Shown here one piece after another: positions 19,724 through 28,826 of a DNA stretch of 64,000 nucleotides. This stretch comes from an uncultured Acidobacteriota bacterium (lineage in GTDB: Bacteria; Acidobacteriota; Vicinamibacteria; Vicinamibacterales; UBA8438): the NCBI GenBank assembly GCA_913043225.1, contig CAJWLU010000001.1, positions 32,001 to 96,000 on the forward strand, read 5' to 3'. The notes beneath the pieces are model-generated. The model had not been told where the DNA came from. It made no database searches and saw only the letters and a list, made by a program, of their open reading frames with translations. The translations under genes were made by a program, and so were the position numbers. Each line of letters opens with the position of its first letter. Within the stretch, counting starts at the first letter, position 1.

Positions 19724-20932
19724 TCAGTCCTCGCGGCCCGCGTAGCCATCTCTCGTCTGCGGCAGCTTCCAACCCAGCAACCGGCTCGCGATCTGCGTGC
19801 GCAGCACCTGCGCCGTACCGCCGCCAATGGTGAACATCCGCGCGTCGCGCACCATCCGCTCCAAGGGAAGATCGCGCGAATACCCACGAGCCCCGAATAG
19901 TTGGAGCGCCTGGTTGGTGACCACAATCGCCATCTCCGAGGCCTGTACCTTGGCTTGAGCCGCCAACAGGGGATCGGGAAACGGATCAGCCGACACGGCC
20001 GCCTGGTAGATCGCTAGCCGAGCCGCGTTCAACTGCACCGACATGTCGGCCAGCATCCACTGCACCCCCTGGAACTCACCAACCGGTCGCCCAAACTGCC
20101 GCCGTTCCTTGACGAAGTCGAGCGCCAACTCGAAGGCGCCCTGCGCGATGCCGAGCGCGACGGTCGCCGCGCCAACACGCTGGGTGTTGTAAGCGCTCAT
20201 CAGCTCGGCAAACCCGCGTCGCCATCCACCCGGCGGGCGGAGCACCATATCACCAGGAATCTCGAGGTCATCGAAGGTCACCTCAGTTTCGGGTAATCCG
20301 CGAAGCCCCATCGCCGGCTCGCGCCGACCAATTCGGAAACCTCGCGCTGAGGCGACCTCCGGGTCGTCACGAACGAAGAGAAAACCGCCGACGCCCTGTT
20401 CCTCACCAGCCTCACCGAACACGCGCGCAAAGATCAGGTACAGCTTCGAGACCCCACCGCCGGTGATCCAGTGTTTCTTGCCGTTAAGGATGTAGCCATC
20501 GCCACGCTCGACCGCCGACGTCGTCAGCTCGCTGGCCGCCGAACCCGCCTCCGGCTCGGTGATGCAAATGGCCGGCTTGTCTCCGGCCAGCACGAGCTGA
20601 GCCGCCAGGGCACGCTGCGCCTCGGTTCCATAGCAAATCACGGCCGAGAGCACCCCCATATTCGCCTCGACCGCAATGCGACCCGTGACGCCGCAGACCC
20701 GCGCCATCTCCTCGACGATAACCACCGCGTCGAGCAGGCTGCCGCCTTGTCCCCCGATTTCCTTGGGGATGGTATAGCCCAACAGCCCCTCACCCACCAG
20801 AGCCTCAATATTGTCCCAGGGATAGGCCTCGCTTCGGTCGACCTCAGCCGCCCTGTCGCGGACTCTCCCCTCGGCCACCGCCCGGGCGTGACGCCGGAGC
20901 GCTTTCTGGTCAGCCCTGAGGTCGAACGACAT
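19724..20932 (-). CDS. acdA: 3-sulfinopropanoyl-CoA desulfinase (acyl-CoA dehydrogenase family)
   Basis: LVLAGDKPAICITEP, WITGGGVSKL, LMSAYNTQRVGA, RMFTIGGGTAQVLR and terminal KLPQTRDGY match my recollection of Advenella Acd(DPN7). Confidence 0.82.
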   Translation of the reverse strand: MSFDLRADQKALRRHARAVAEGRVRDRAAEVDRSEAYPWDNIEALVGEGLLGYTIPKEIGGQGGSLLDAVVIVEEMARVCGVTGRIAVEANMGVLSAVICYGTEAQRALAAQLVLAGDKPAICITEPEAGSAASELTTSAVERGDGYILNGKKHWITGGGVSKLYLIFARVFGEAGEEQGVGGFLFVRDDPEVASARGFRIGRREPAMGLRGLPETEVTFDDLEIPGDMVLRPPGGWRRGFAELMSAYNTQRVGAATVALGIAQGAFELALDFVKERRQFGRPVGEFQGVQWMLADMSVQLNAARLAIYQAAVSADPFPDPLLAAQAKVQASEMAIVVTNQALQLFGARGYSRDLPLERMVRDARMFTIGGGTAQVLRTQIASRLLGWKLPQTRDGYAGRED

Positions 20933-21064
20933 CGTCCGTATTAGACACCCGGTCGCCATTTCGATCTACGACGCCCCGTACCGTGGGCGTCGTGGGCAGA
21001 GGCGAGCTGCTCTCTCGATCACCTTGGCAGGATCCCGGGTTCTGACCTTGCAGATTCCTTCAGG

Positions 21065-23338
21065 CTAGGCGAGATGCAGCGGCAGGTCGCGTAGCCGCTG
21101 ACCGGTCACCGCGAAGAGCGCGTTGGCGACCGCCGGAGCCACCGGCGGTACGCCCGGCTCACCGAGGCCACCGACCGGGGCGTCCGACTCGATGAACGAA
21201 ACGTTCACTCGCGGCGCTTGGGCCAACCGCACCATGTTGAAGTCAGGAAAGTTGCGGTTCTCGACCGCTCCCTCCTTGACCGTGATCTCGTGAAAGAGGG
21301 CCGCCGAAAGACCAAAGATGACGCTGCCGTGGATCTGGGCCAGAGCCTGTTGCGGGTTCACCACCAGACCGCAGTCGACCGCCGAATCGACCCGGTAGAC
21401 CAGGATCCGCCCGTTCTCGACGCCCACCTCGCACACGTTGGCCACGATCGAGCCGAACGACTCAAAGATGGCGATGCCACGGGCACGACCGTCGGGCAGC
21501 GCGCTGGCCCAACGGGCCATGTCGGCCGCCCGTTCGAGCACCGCTCGATGACGCGGCGCGTCGGAGAGGAGCTCCCGCCTGAACTCAAACGGATCTCGAC
21601 CGGCTGCATGCGCCAGCTCGTCGGCGAACGACTCGGCGAAGAACCCGTGCTGGGACGCCGCCACCGAACGCCATTCGCCCGTGCGCAGGTGGGCGGGTGA
21701 GGTTACCACCGCGATGTCCTTATCCTTGATCCCATACGGCGGATCCGCTTCGAGCCCGTCGGTGGCGCGACCGGTGAAGCGACTGGCCCAACGATGGATC
21801 CTTCCCGGCTCGTCGACCACACCCTGGAAGCGGCCCATCACGAACGGCCGGTAGTAGCCGTGCCGCATGTCCTCCTCGCGGCTCCAAACCAGCTTCACCG
21901 GTCGTGGTGCGGTCGCCTTCGCGACCGCCACCGCCTGCTCGACGTAGTCGTAGGTGCCCGGGAGACGGCGGCCAAAACCGCCTCCGAGCTGCTGGTTGTG
22001 GATATAGACCGCGTCACGCTCGAGCCCCGCCACCGCGGCAGCCACCCCGCGTGTACTCAGCGGATCCTGGGTGCCGCACCAGACGTCCAGTCGACCATCA
22101 GCGAGCTGCGCCGTGGCCGCCATCGGCTCCATGGTGGCGTGTGAGAGATACGGCACGCAGTACTCGGCCGTAACCACCTGGCCGCCCTGGGTTGGCTCGG
22201 CCAGCGGCTCCTCGTCGAGCGCTGCCGCGTGCCAGCCGCGAATAGTGGCAGTATCGACGTGCCCAAGACCCGCGTCCGTGAACTGCGGCTCGAGCGCGTC
22301 GAGCGCCTGCTGGGCGTGCCAGTAGCTCTTGGCTACCACCGCTACCGCATCGTCGAGCTGCACCACCTGCTCGACCCCGTTCATCGCCTCGGCCGGCGAC
22401 GGATCCACCTGAGCGAGCTGCCCCCCGGGCACCGGCGCCCGCATGATGGCGGCATAGGCCATATCCGGCCGGACCACATCCATCCCGTAGCCGGCCTCGC
22501 CCACGACCTTACCGGGGATGTCGGCCCGATCCTGCGACGTGCCTACCAGGCGGTACTCGTCCCGCGACTTGAGCCGCGGGCTGCTCGGCAGATCCAGCTC
22601 ACTCGCCCGACCAACCAGTTCGCCAAACGTCGCACTTTGCCCCGACGGCTCGTGGTGCACACGGGAGTCGCGGGCCACGAGCTCCGCCTTCGACACACCG
22701 AACTGTTCGGCGCCCGCTTCGAGCAACATCTCGCGCGCCGTGGCGCCAGCGAGTCGTAGTCCGAAGACACCGGTCCCTCTGGTGCTAGTGCTCCCGCCGG
22801 TGACCTGGAGACCCGCGAACTGCGCCATCTTGAACGACCCGAAGTCGAACGCCCGTCCCATAAATCCTGGAATGGAGACCCCAACCTCGCCCAGGAAGGC
22901 GTGGAGGATGTAGCCGTTCGCATAGATGTCCTCGGCCGGCGCCTCCTCGATGGTGCACAGGTTCCAGTCCGCGTCGAGTTCCTCGACCAGCAACATGCCA
23001 AGACCCGTGAGGGCGCCCTGCCCCATCTCGCAGTGCGGCACTAGCACCGTGGTGTGGTTGTTTGGTGTGATCCTGATCCAGGTAGTGAGGTGCCCCTCAC
23101 CCTCGGCCCCGTCGGGCACGTAAGAGAGCCGGTTTGGCGAGAACACGATTCCACCGACACCCAGCACCAAGCCGCCACCAGCGGCGGCGCCAGCGCCGAT
23201 GAAAGCGCGTCGGGTCCACTTACGAAGTCGCGACCGCTTTCCGGCCCCTGTCGATATCTTGCCGAATGGGGTAATCGGTTCGGGAGATGGCTCGGTCGGA
23301 GGTGTGGACGCGGACGGCGGCGTCAGCTCGTCAGACAT
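21065..23338 (-). CDS. iorB: Molybdopterin-binding subunit, isoquinoline 1-oxidoreductase beta type (Tat leader)
   Basis: TRRAFI leader; EMGQG, EELDADW, TGGSTS, HATMEP, LGGGFGRR and GLGEPGVPP motifs. Confidence 0.9.
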   Translation of the reverse strand: MSDELTPPSASTPPTEPSPEPITPFGKISTGAGKRSRLRKWTRRAFIGAGAAAGGGLVLGVGGIVFSPNRLSYVPDGAEGEGHLTTWIRITPNNHTTVLVPHCEMGQGALTGLGMLLVEELDADWNLCTIEEAPAEDIYANGYILHAFLGEVGVSIPGFMGRAFDFGSFKMAQFAGLQVTGGSTSTRGTGVFGLRLAGATAREMLLEAGAEQFGVSKAELVARDSRVHHEPSGQSATFGELVGRASELDLPSSPRLKSRDEYRLVGTSQDRADIPGKVVGEAGYGMDVVRPDMAYAAIMRAPVPGGQLAQVDPSPAEAMNGVEQVVQLDDAVAVVAKSYWHAQQALDALEPQFTDAGLGHVDTATIRGWHAAALDEEPLAEPTQGGQVVTAEYCVPYLSHATMEPMAATAQLADGRLDVWCGTQDPLSTRGVAAAVAGLERDAVYIHNQQLGGGFGRRLPGTYDYVEQAVAVAKATAPRPVKLVWSREEDMRHGYYRPFVMGRFQGVVDEPGRIHRWASRFTGRATDGLEADPPYGIKDKDIAVVTSPAHLRTGEWRSVAASQHGFFAESFADELAHAAGRDPFEFRRELLSDAPRHRAVLERAADMARWASALPDGRARGIAIFESFGSIVANVCEVGVENGRILVYRVDSAVDCGLVVNPQQALAQIHGSVIFGLSAALFHEITVKEGAVENRNFPDFNMVRLAQAPRVNVSFIESDAPVGGLGEPGVPPVAPAVANALFAVTGQRLRDLPLHLA

Positions 23339-23816
23339 TGCCGTTCTCCTCGTCCAGATCCTCATCGGTCTTCTGGACCACCGACTGCACCGCCGACCGG
23401 ATCCGCTCGTAGGTACCGCACCGGCAGATGTTGGTGATCGATTCAGTCACCTGCTCGTCGGTAACGTCCGGCCGCCGTTCTAGCAAGGCTGAGATCGCCA
23501 TGAGCATGCCAGGCTGGCAGTACCCACATTGCGGCACCTGGTGATCGATCCAAGCCTGCTGTAGCGGATGCAGTGCTTCGCCGTCGGCCAAGCCCTCGAT
23601 GGTGATCACCGCCCGACCAGCCACGTTGGCCACCGGTACCGAGCAGGACCGCACGGCCGCCCCGTCGAGGTGGACGGTGCAGGCGCCACAGTTGCCGATA
23701 CCGCAGCTAAACTTGGTCCCGGTGAGCCCGGCCGACTCCCGCAACGCCCACAACAGGGGCATCTCGGGTGGCACGTCCAGGCTGACCGCCTCGCCGTTGA
23801 GAGTGAAGTCAATCAT
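23331..23816 (-). CDS. iorA: (2Fe-2S)-binding subunit, isoquinoline 1-oxidoreductase alpha type
   Basis: GTKFSCGIGNCGACTV, QCGYCQPG and NICRCGTY motifs. Confidence 0.93.
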   Translation of the reverse strand: MIDFTLNGEAVSLDVPPEMPLLWALRESAGLTGTKFSCGIGNCGACTVHLDGAAVRSCSVPVANVAGRAVITIEGLADGEALHPLQQAWIDHQVPQCGYCQPGMLMAISALLERRPDVTDEQVTESITNICRCGTYERIRSAVQSVVQKTDEDLDEENGNV

Positions 23817-23980
23817 GCCGTCCTCACATGGAAGCGTCGTTCGAGCGGTGCGCGAAACGGGCCTTCAACGAAGTTCTGTAACAAGGTTGCAGGCAAAGCC
23901 TGAGAGGTCGGTCTAAGCGGACAATACGGGCACCTGCTCCGCCTCCAGGACAGAGGCAAGCAAAGCCAGGCCCGTCAACA

Positions 23981-25369
23981 CTACTGCTCGTTGCCGTCGT
24001 TGGTCTCGCGCGCGGCGCGTTCCGCAGTCAGTTCGTCGTATTGCTCGTCGGACAGGTAGGTGATTCCGATCCAGGCGTGTGACATCTCGTCGACGCCACG
24101 GGCCCCGAACACAACCCACTGATCCGGATCGGGGTTGATCCGATTCGCGGCCGAGTTATCCCACTTGCCACGGAGCATCAGCACGGTCCCCTTCGGCAGA
24201 AGCGGCTGGGCTTCTTCATCGTAGACGTAGGCGATCTGCCAGTTGTGGTCGTAGCGGTTGACGTTGCTCAGCAGCTCGCGCCGTCCGTCGGGATAAAGCG
24301 CCGTCATCGACATCTCGGTGCCTCGCATATGCATGTGCGGTCGGAAGCTCTGGATGAGTGCCGGCTGCTCCATCACATACTGGTCCTCGAGCACGAGGCT
24401 ACCATGGGGAGGAATCAGGATGTCGCTCGCTCGCAGCCGCTCCCGGTGGGTGCCATCCACATAGAACTGCTGCTCACCGGCCGTAATCTTGGTCGGATCC
24501 TCGTCCTCCGGATAGAGCCACACCCCAACGTCGATCAGGTCGGTAACCTCTTCGCCCACTGGGAAATAGTGGATATTGAAGCTGACGGTCGCCGGCCCAG
24601 GCGGCAGCAGCTTGCCCACGCCCTCAGGTAGCACATCCCACCGCTTGCCGATGCCCATGCCGACCAGGCGGACAGCCCGCGGGCGCTCTTGGCCATCTTC
24701 TGTCTCCTTTGCACGAAGATAGGCGTGCCCATGGTGAGCTACCTTCATGCCACCAGGGAACGACGGCTTGAACTCGGCGGCACGAATATAACGCGGAGTG
24801 TCGAAGCCCTCGAACTCGAGCTCGGGCTCCCACCACTGATCCTGCCCATTGGCCACGACGGTGTACGGTGTCGACTGGATGACAAAGTCGGGCGGACGGC
24901 TCAGTTCCTGCTCGACGGCCCAGCCATCGGCCGGCGGGAAGGTCAGTGGCGCGGGCATGTCGTCCGGGTTGCCTTCCGGCGCCCCGCCGTCGACCCAGCG
25001 CACGATCGTGCCTACTTCGGTATCGCTCAACGAAATGTCGTTCTTGTATTCCTGGATACCCACCGAGGCGTCGAGATGCCAGGGCGGCATCAGGCGACGC
25101 TCTACCTTATCTCTGATGCTACGAGCCCAGGGGCGTGCCTCGCGGTAGGTGAGCAGCGACATTGGCGCGATACCGATCGGCTGATGGCAGTTCTGGCAAG
25201 ACCGCTGCAGGATGGGTGCGACATCCTTGCTGAAGGTTGGCGTTCCGTCCGCTTCACCCGGTACCCCAGCGGCACCGGTCTGAGCCAACGTCTGGCTGCT
25301 CACGCCAAACGCCAGAGCTAGGACCAGTCCGGTCAGCGTCCGCCGTACGTTCATGGTTGCCATCGCCAT
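23981..25369 (-). CDS. Secreted cytochrome c / copper type II (PHM/DBH-like) monooxygenase-domain protein
   Basis: CQNCH with MPPW; AHHGH, IHY, PHMHMRG, YDHNWQ and DEM; paralog of 5127-6605; start chosen at the GAGGA SD. Confidence 0.8.
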   Translation of the reverse strand: MAMATMNVRRTLTGLVLALAFGVSSQTLAQTGAAGVPGEADGTPTFSKDVAPILQRSCQNCHQPIGIAPMSLLTYREARPWARSIRDKVERRLMPPWHLDASVGIQEYKNDISLSDTEVGTIVRWVDGGAPEGNPDDMPAPLTFPPADGWAVEQELSRPPDFVIQSTPYTVVANGQDQWWEPELEFEGFDTPRYIRAAEFKPSFPGGMKVAHHGHAYLRAKETEDGQERPRAVRLVGMGIGKRWDVLPEGVGKLLPPGPATVSFNIHYFPVGEEVTDLIDVGVWLYPEDEDPTKITAGEQQFYVDGTHRERLRASDILIPPHGSLVLEDQYVMEQPALIQSFRPHMHMRGTEMSMTALYPDGRRELLSNVNRYDHNWQIAYVYDEEAQPLLPKGTVLMLRGKWDNSAANRINPDPDQWVVFGARGVDEMSHAWIGITYLSDEQYDELTAERAARETNDGNEQ

Positions 25370-25401
25370 GGATGTCCTCATCTCTACGTGTGACGCCCCT
25401 C

Positions 25402-26289
25402 TCACGGGGTCACTGTAACCGGCAAGTAGGCGTTGGTCCAACAGCACTGGAACTCAAACTCCCGGATCACGTTGAACGCCAGGAACCGCAGCAGATACTC
25501 ACCCGGCTCGGCGAACGTGACCGCGGTTGCCACCTTGGCCCCGCCCTCAGCCGACCAGACGTCGCGTTCGACGCTCGTGGTCCGCTCGGCGAAGGTGACC
25601 TCGCCGCTCCCCTGGTGCTTGAACCACTTGACGTTGATCGGACGCTCGTCCTCGGCCGCCACGTCGTCCCGGCTGATCCAGGCGTTCAACTCTACCGGCG
25701 TACCCGCCTTAACCTCGACCGCCTCTGCCACGATGCCGCGCGGTCCACGACCCGACGGTCCATCCTCAATCCACCGCACGAGCGGCGATAGCGTGGTTCG
25801 GCCGGGGAAATCCCAGCCGGCCAGCTCGTACGCTGAACTTGTCAGACGCCCTGGCACCGACAGCGTCTGCTCCTTCGACCGGATGGTCCAGACCACGTCG
25901 CGGTCGCCGAAGTCGGCCGGGACGGTCACGGTGAACGCCCCGACGTGACGTCGGTCCCGATCAGGCACCGGCTCGAAACGGGTCGGTTGCATGCCGTGAA
26001 ACTCGACCGGCTCGACGAAGTTCTCCGGACCAAGTGGCACTTCGATGACCTCTTCGGTGTTCACGTTGAAGAAGCCGAACGACAGCTCGAACGTGCCGTC
26101 CAGGTTGCGGAACCAGCCCTCGAAGATGGGCACCACCGGCCCGCCGGATGGGCGCAGTAGCTGGACGTCGAACTGCGTCTCACCCGGGTTGGCCACCCGA
26201 CGTTCGGAGGCTCGCTGGGCGACGGCGTCGGCAGCGACCAGCAGCGCTACTAGCACGGTCACCACGGCGCCAACGAACCACCGGCACAT
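25402..26289 (-). CDS. Secreted hypothetical protein with C-terminal Ig/PKD-like domain
   Basis: PIFEGWFRNLDGT..FGFFNVN and TFAEPGEYLLR; paralog of 6602-7603; start uncertain (26289-26322). Confidence 0.78.
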   Translation of the reverse strand: MCRWFVGAVVTVLVALLVAADAVAQRASERRVANPGETQFDVQLLRPSGGPVVPIFEGWFRNLDGTFELSFGFFNVNTEEVIEVPLGPENFVEPVEFHGMQPTRFEPVPDRDRRHVGAFTVTVPADFGDRDVVWTIRSKEQTLSVPGRLTSSAYELAGWDFPGRTTLSPLVRWIEDGPSGRGPRGIVAEAVEVKAGTPVELNAWISRDDVAAEDERPINVKWFKHQGSGEVTFAERTTSVERDVWSAEGGAKVATAVTFAEPGEYLLRFLAFNVIREFEFQCCWTNAYLPVTVTP

Positions 26290-26355
26290 GGCTACATTCA
26301 CGACCTTATTAGTCTCTCTCAATCGAGACGCCCTTGCCAGATCGGAAACCAGCCC

Positions 26356-27657
26356 TCACCGTCGGACGAGTGCCAGGACCCACCAGGCGGTGGCGGCAAA
26401 GATCACGACGAGGAATCCTCCCACGACGAGCCAGACATAGGCTGGCACCAGAGACACACCGGCGGCAGGGGCAACTGAGGCCCCGATGTTGACGACGCTC
26501 CCATATGTCGTAAGCGCCAGCACCGCGAAGGTTCCAGCCATCGACAAGACGGTTGGGCCCGCGCCAGGCAAGGGCGTTCGCCGCGCCCCGATCCGGAGGG
26601 ACCAGATCCGGACGCCAACCAGTATTGACAGCGATATAAGCAAACCAGCGACGAACCACAGTAACTTCACGCCGAGACCGGCAAAGTTGCCGAAGTGCAG
26701 CGGGTCCATCGTGTGGCCCAACCGGACCCCCAGCGACAGGTCGCCAGCGTGGCTGGCGCTCACGACCTCTCGCCGTATCGGATCGACGACCACGCGATTG
26801 GCCGCGTCTCGCACCAGCCAGACGTCGGTCTGCCCCACCAGGGTCAGCAGCGGCCACTCACCCCACCGGACAAAGATGGTCCGCACATCGAGCTGGGGCA
26901 CCTGCTGGCGGGCCAGCTCCACCGCACCATCGAGGTCGATCGGCGGCGTAATGTGAGCAGCGTGAACGTTAGGAGATGAAGCCACGACGCTCTCACCAAC
27001 CAGGCCGCTATCGATGGCGATCCGTTCGTAGAGATACCAGACGCCGGTCACCGCGAATAGCAGCGAGAACAGGGCCGTCCAGAGCCCGGTCGCACGGTGC
27101 AGCGTGGACCAGAAGGTGCGTGGATTCCGGCTTCGCTGGCGCAAGAGCGCATCCTTCCAGCGCATCCGGTAGAAGAGCAGCGCGCTGACTACCGAACCGA
27201 TAAGGACCAGCCCGAGCGAACCGACCAGATACACCCCGTGTGGCAACGCGCCAGGATAGATGTAGAACTGTTTGTGGAACGACCGGAAGAAGCGGGTCAC
27301 AGTGAACTCGCTAATCGTGCCCCGTACCGCCGCCGTGTCCGGATGCACCAGGACGAGTCGACCGCCGCCCGTATCAGACGCAATGGTCGCGGTCGCCGCC
27401 CAGCCCACCGCCTGAGGAGCAGACACCGCCGTCACCAGGGCCTCCGGGTGTGCTGCCTGGATGGCCCGATACCACCGGTTCCACTCAGGGGGCGCGCCCG
27501 TGGCCCCGGAAACGCGGAGGCCGGGGTTGAATAGCCAGTCGATCTCGGCACTCAGCGTCGCGATGGTACCCGACAGGCAGACGATGAACAGCAGCAACCC
27601 AAGGTTGAGCCCCAGCCAGCTGTGCAGCCGGAAGTGGGAGTGTCTGGAAGCCTGCAT
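26356..27657 (-). CDS. PepSY-associated TM helix domain protein
   Basis: RLHSWLG, CLSGTI, SFHKQF, TLHRATGLW and PLHFGNFAG motifs; multiple TM helices. Confidence 0.9.
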   Translation of the reverse strand: MQASRHSHFRLHSWLGLNLGLLLFIVCLSGTIATLSAEIDWLFNPGLRVSGATGAPPEWNRWYRAIQAAHPEALVTAVSAPQAVGWAATATIASDTGGGRLVLVHPDTAAVRGTISEFTVTRFFRSFHKQFYIYPGALPHGVYLVGSLGLVLIGSVVSALLFYRMRWKDALLRQRSRNPRTFWSTLHRATGLWTALFSLLFAVTGVWYLYERIAIDSGLVGESVVASSPNVHAAHITPPIDLDGAVELARQQVPQLDVRTIFVRWGEWPLLTLVGQTDVWLVRDAANRVVVDPIRREVVSASHAGDLSLGVRLGHTMDPLHFGNFAGLGVKLLWFVAGLLISLSILVGVRIWSLRIGARRTPLPGAGPTVLSMAGTFAVLALTTYGSVVNIGASVAPAAGVSLVPAYVWLVVGGFLVVIFAATAWWVLALVRR

Positions 27658-27697
27658 GTGTGATCAGCATAGAATGCAGTAGCCGAAAGGTCACCAG

Positions 27698-28627
27698 ATG
27701 ACGAGACCCGTTTGCGGACTGCTTGTCGCGGCACTGCTCTTGCCACTGATCGTACTAGCTCAGCCGACGTCAGCCACCACCCAGTTCCAGACGCCCTGGG
27801 GCGACCCGGACCTCCGGGGGATCTGGGACTACCGCACCATGACGCCGCTCCAGCGCCCGAGTAAGCTGGCGGACAAAGCGGTGTTCACCGAGGAAGAGGC
27901 GGCCGCCTACCAGGAAGCCGAGCTGGAAGGCCGAGCCGACTACGACGCGCTCCCAACAGTACACGCCAAGTTCTGGCTTGACTACGGCACCGAGCTGACA
28001 CCGGATCGGCGGACGTCACTTATCATCGACCCACCCGACGGACGGATTCCGGCCCGCACCGCGAACGCCCAGGCCCGGGCGCGAGTGCGCGCCGAACGAC
28101 GGGAACGGACCCACAGCATCCAGGACCGCAGCATCACCGAGCGCTGCATTCTTGGGTTTAATGCCGGTCCGCCCATGAACCCCGGCGCCTACAACAACAA
28201 CCTCTTGTTCCTCCAGATCCCGGGGATGGTCGTGCTACACAACGAGATGGTCCATGAGGTTCGGGTTGTGCCGCTCGGTGGCCGGGACCACCTCCCGGAC
28301 AGCCTTCGGCAGATCCGAGGCGACTCTCGCGGTTACTGGGACGGACCGACTCTCGTGATCGAAACGACTAACTTCACCGACCAGACTAGCTTCCTGGGGT
28401 CGGGCGCCGAACTGCACTTAGTGGAACGGTTCACGCGTGTGGATGAAGGAACCCTGCACTACGAGTACACGGTCACCGATCCGGCCTCGTTCGAGCGCCC
28501 CTGGTCGGCCGCCATGCCGATGACGCGCACCGAAGGACCGCTGTTCGAGTTCGCCTGTCACGAGGGGAACTACGGATTGACGAACATCCTGTCGGCCGCA
28601 CGCGCCGAGGAACGCCGCACGCAGTAG
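27698..28627 (+). CDS. Conserved secreted hypothetical protein
   Basis: Signal peptide; TPWGDPDLRGIW, ERCI, GDSRGYWDG.TLVIET, HLVERF and FEFACHEGNY motifs. Confidence 0.85.
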   Translation: MTRPVCGLLVAALLLPLIVLAQPTSATTQFQTPWGDPDLRGIWDYRTMTPLQRPSKLADKAVFTEEEAAAYQEAELEGRADYDALPTVHAKFWLDYGTELTPDRRTSLIIDPPDGRIPARTANAQARARVRAERRERTHSIQDRSITERCILGFNAGPPMNPGAYNNNLLFLQIPGMVVLHNEMVHEVRVVPLGGRDHLPDSLRQIRGDSRGYWDGPTLVIETTNFTDQTSFLGSGAELHLVERFTRVDEGTLHYEYTVTDPASFERPWSAAMPMTRTEGPLFEFACHEGNYGLTNILSAARAEERRTQ

Positions 28628-28826
28628 CGGCCGGTCACGGCCCGCGGAAGAGCCGTGCGGCCACGTCAAGCGACTCGCGACATCCCTTCAGCAACCGTTC
28701 ACCCCGACCACATTCGCCGACAAGGTCCGGGAAATGGAGGCTCACGCACCACGAGACACCGCGGGCTGCCGGACTAGCCGCTGACGGGGTGGCCGTTTCG
28801 GTATACAAACTGATGGAGGCTACACC

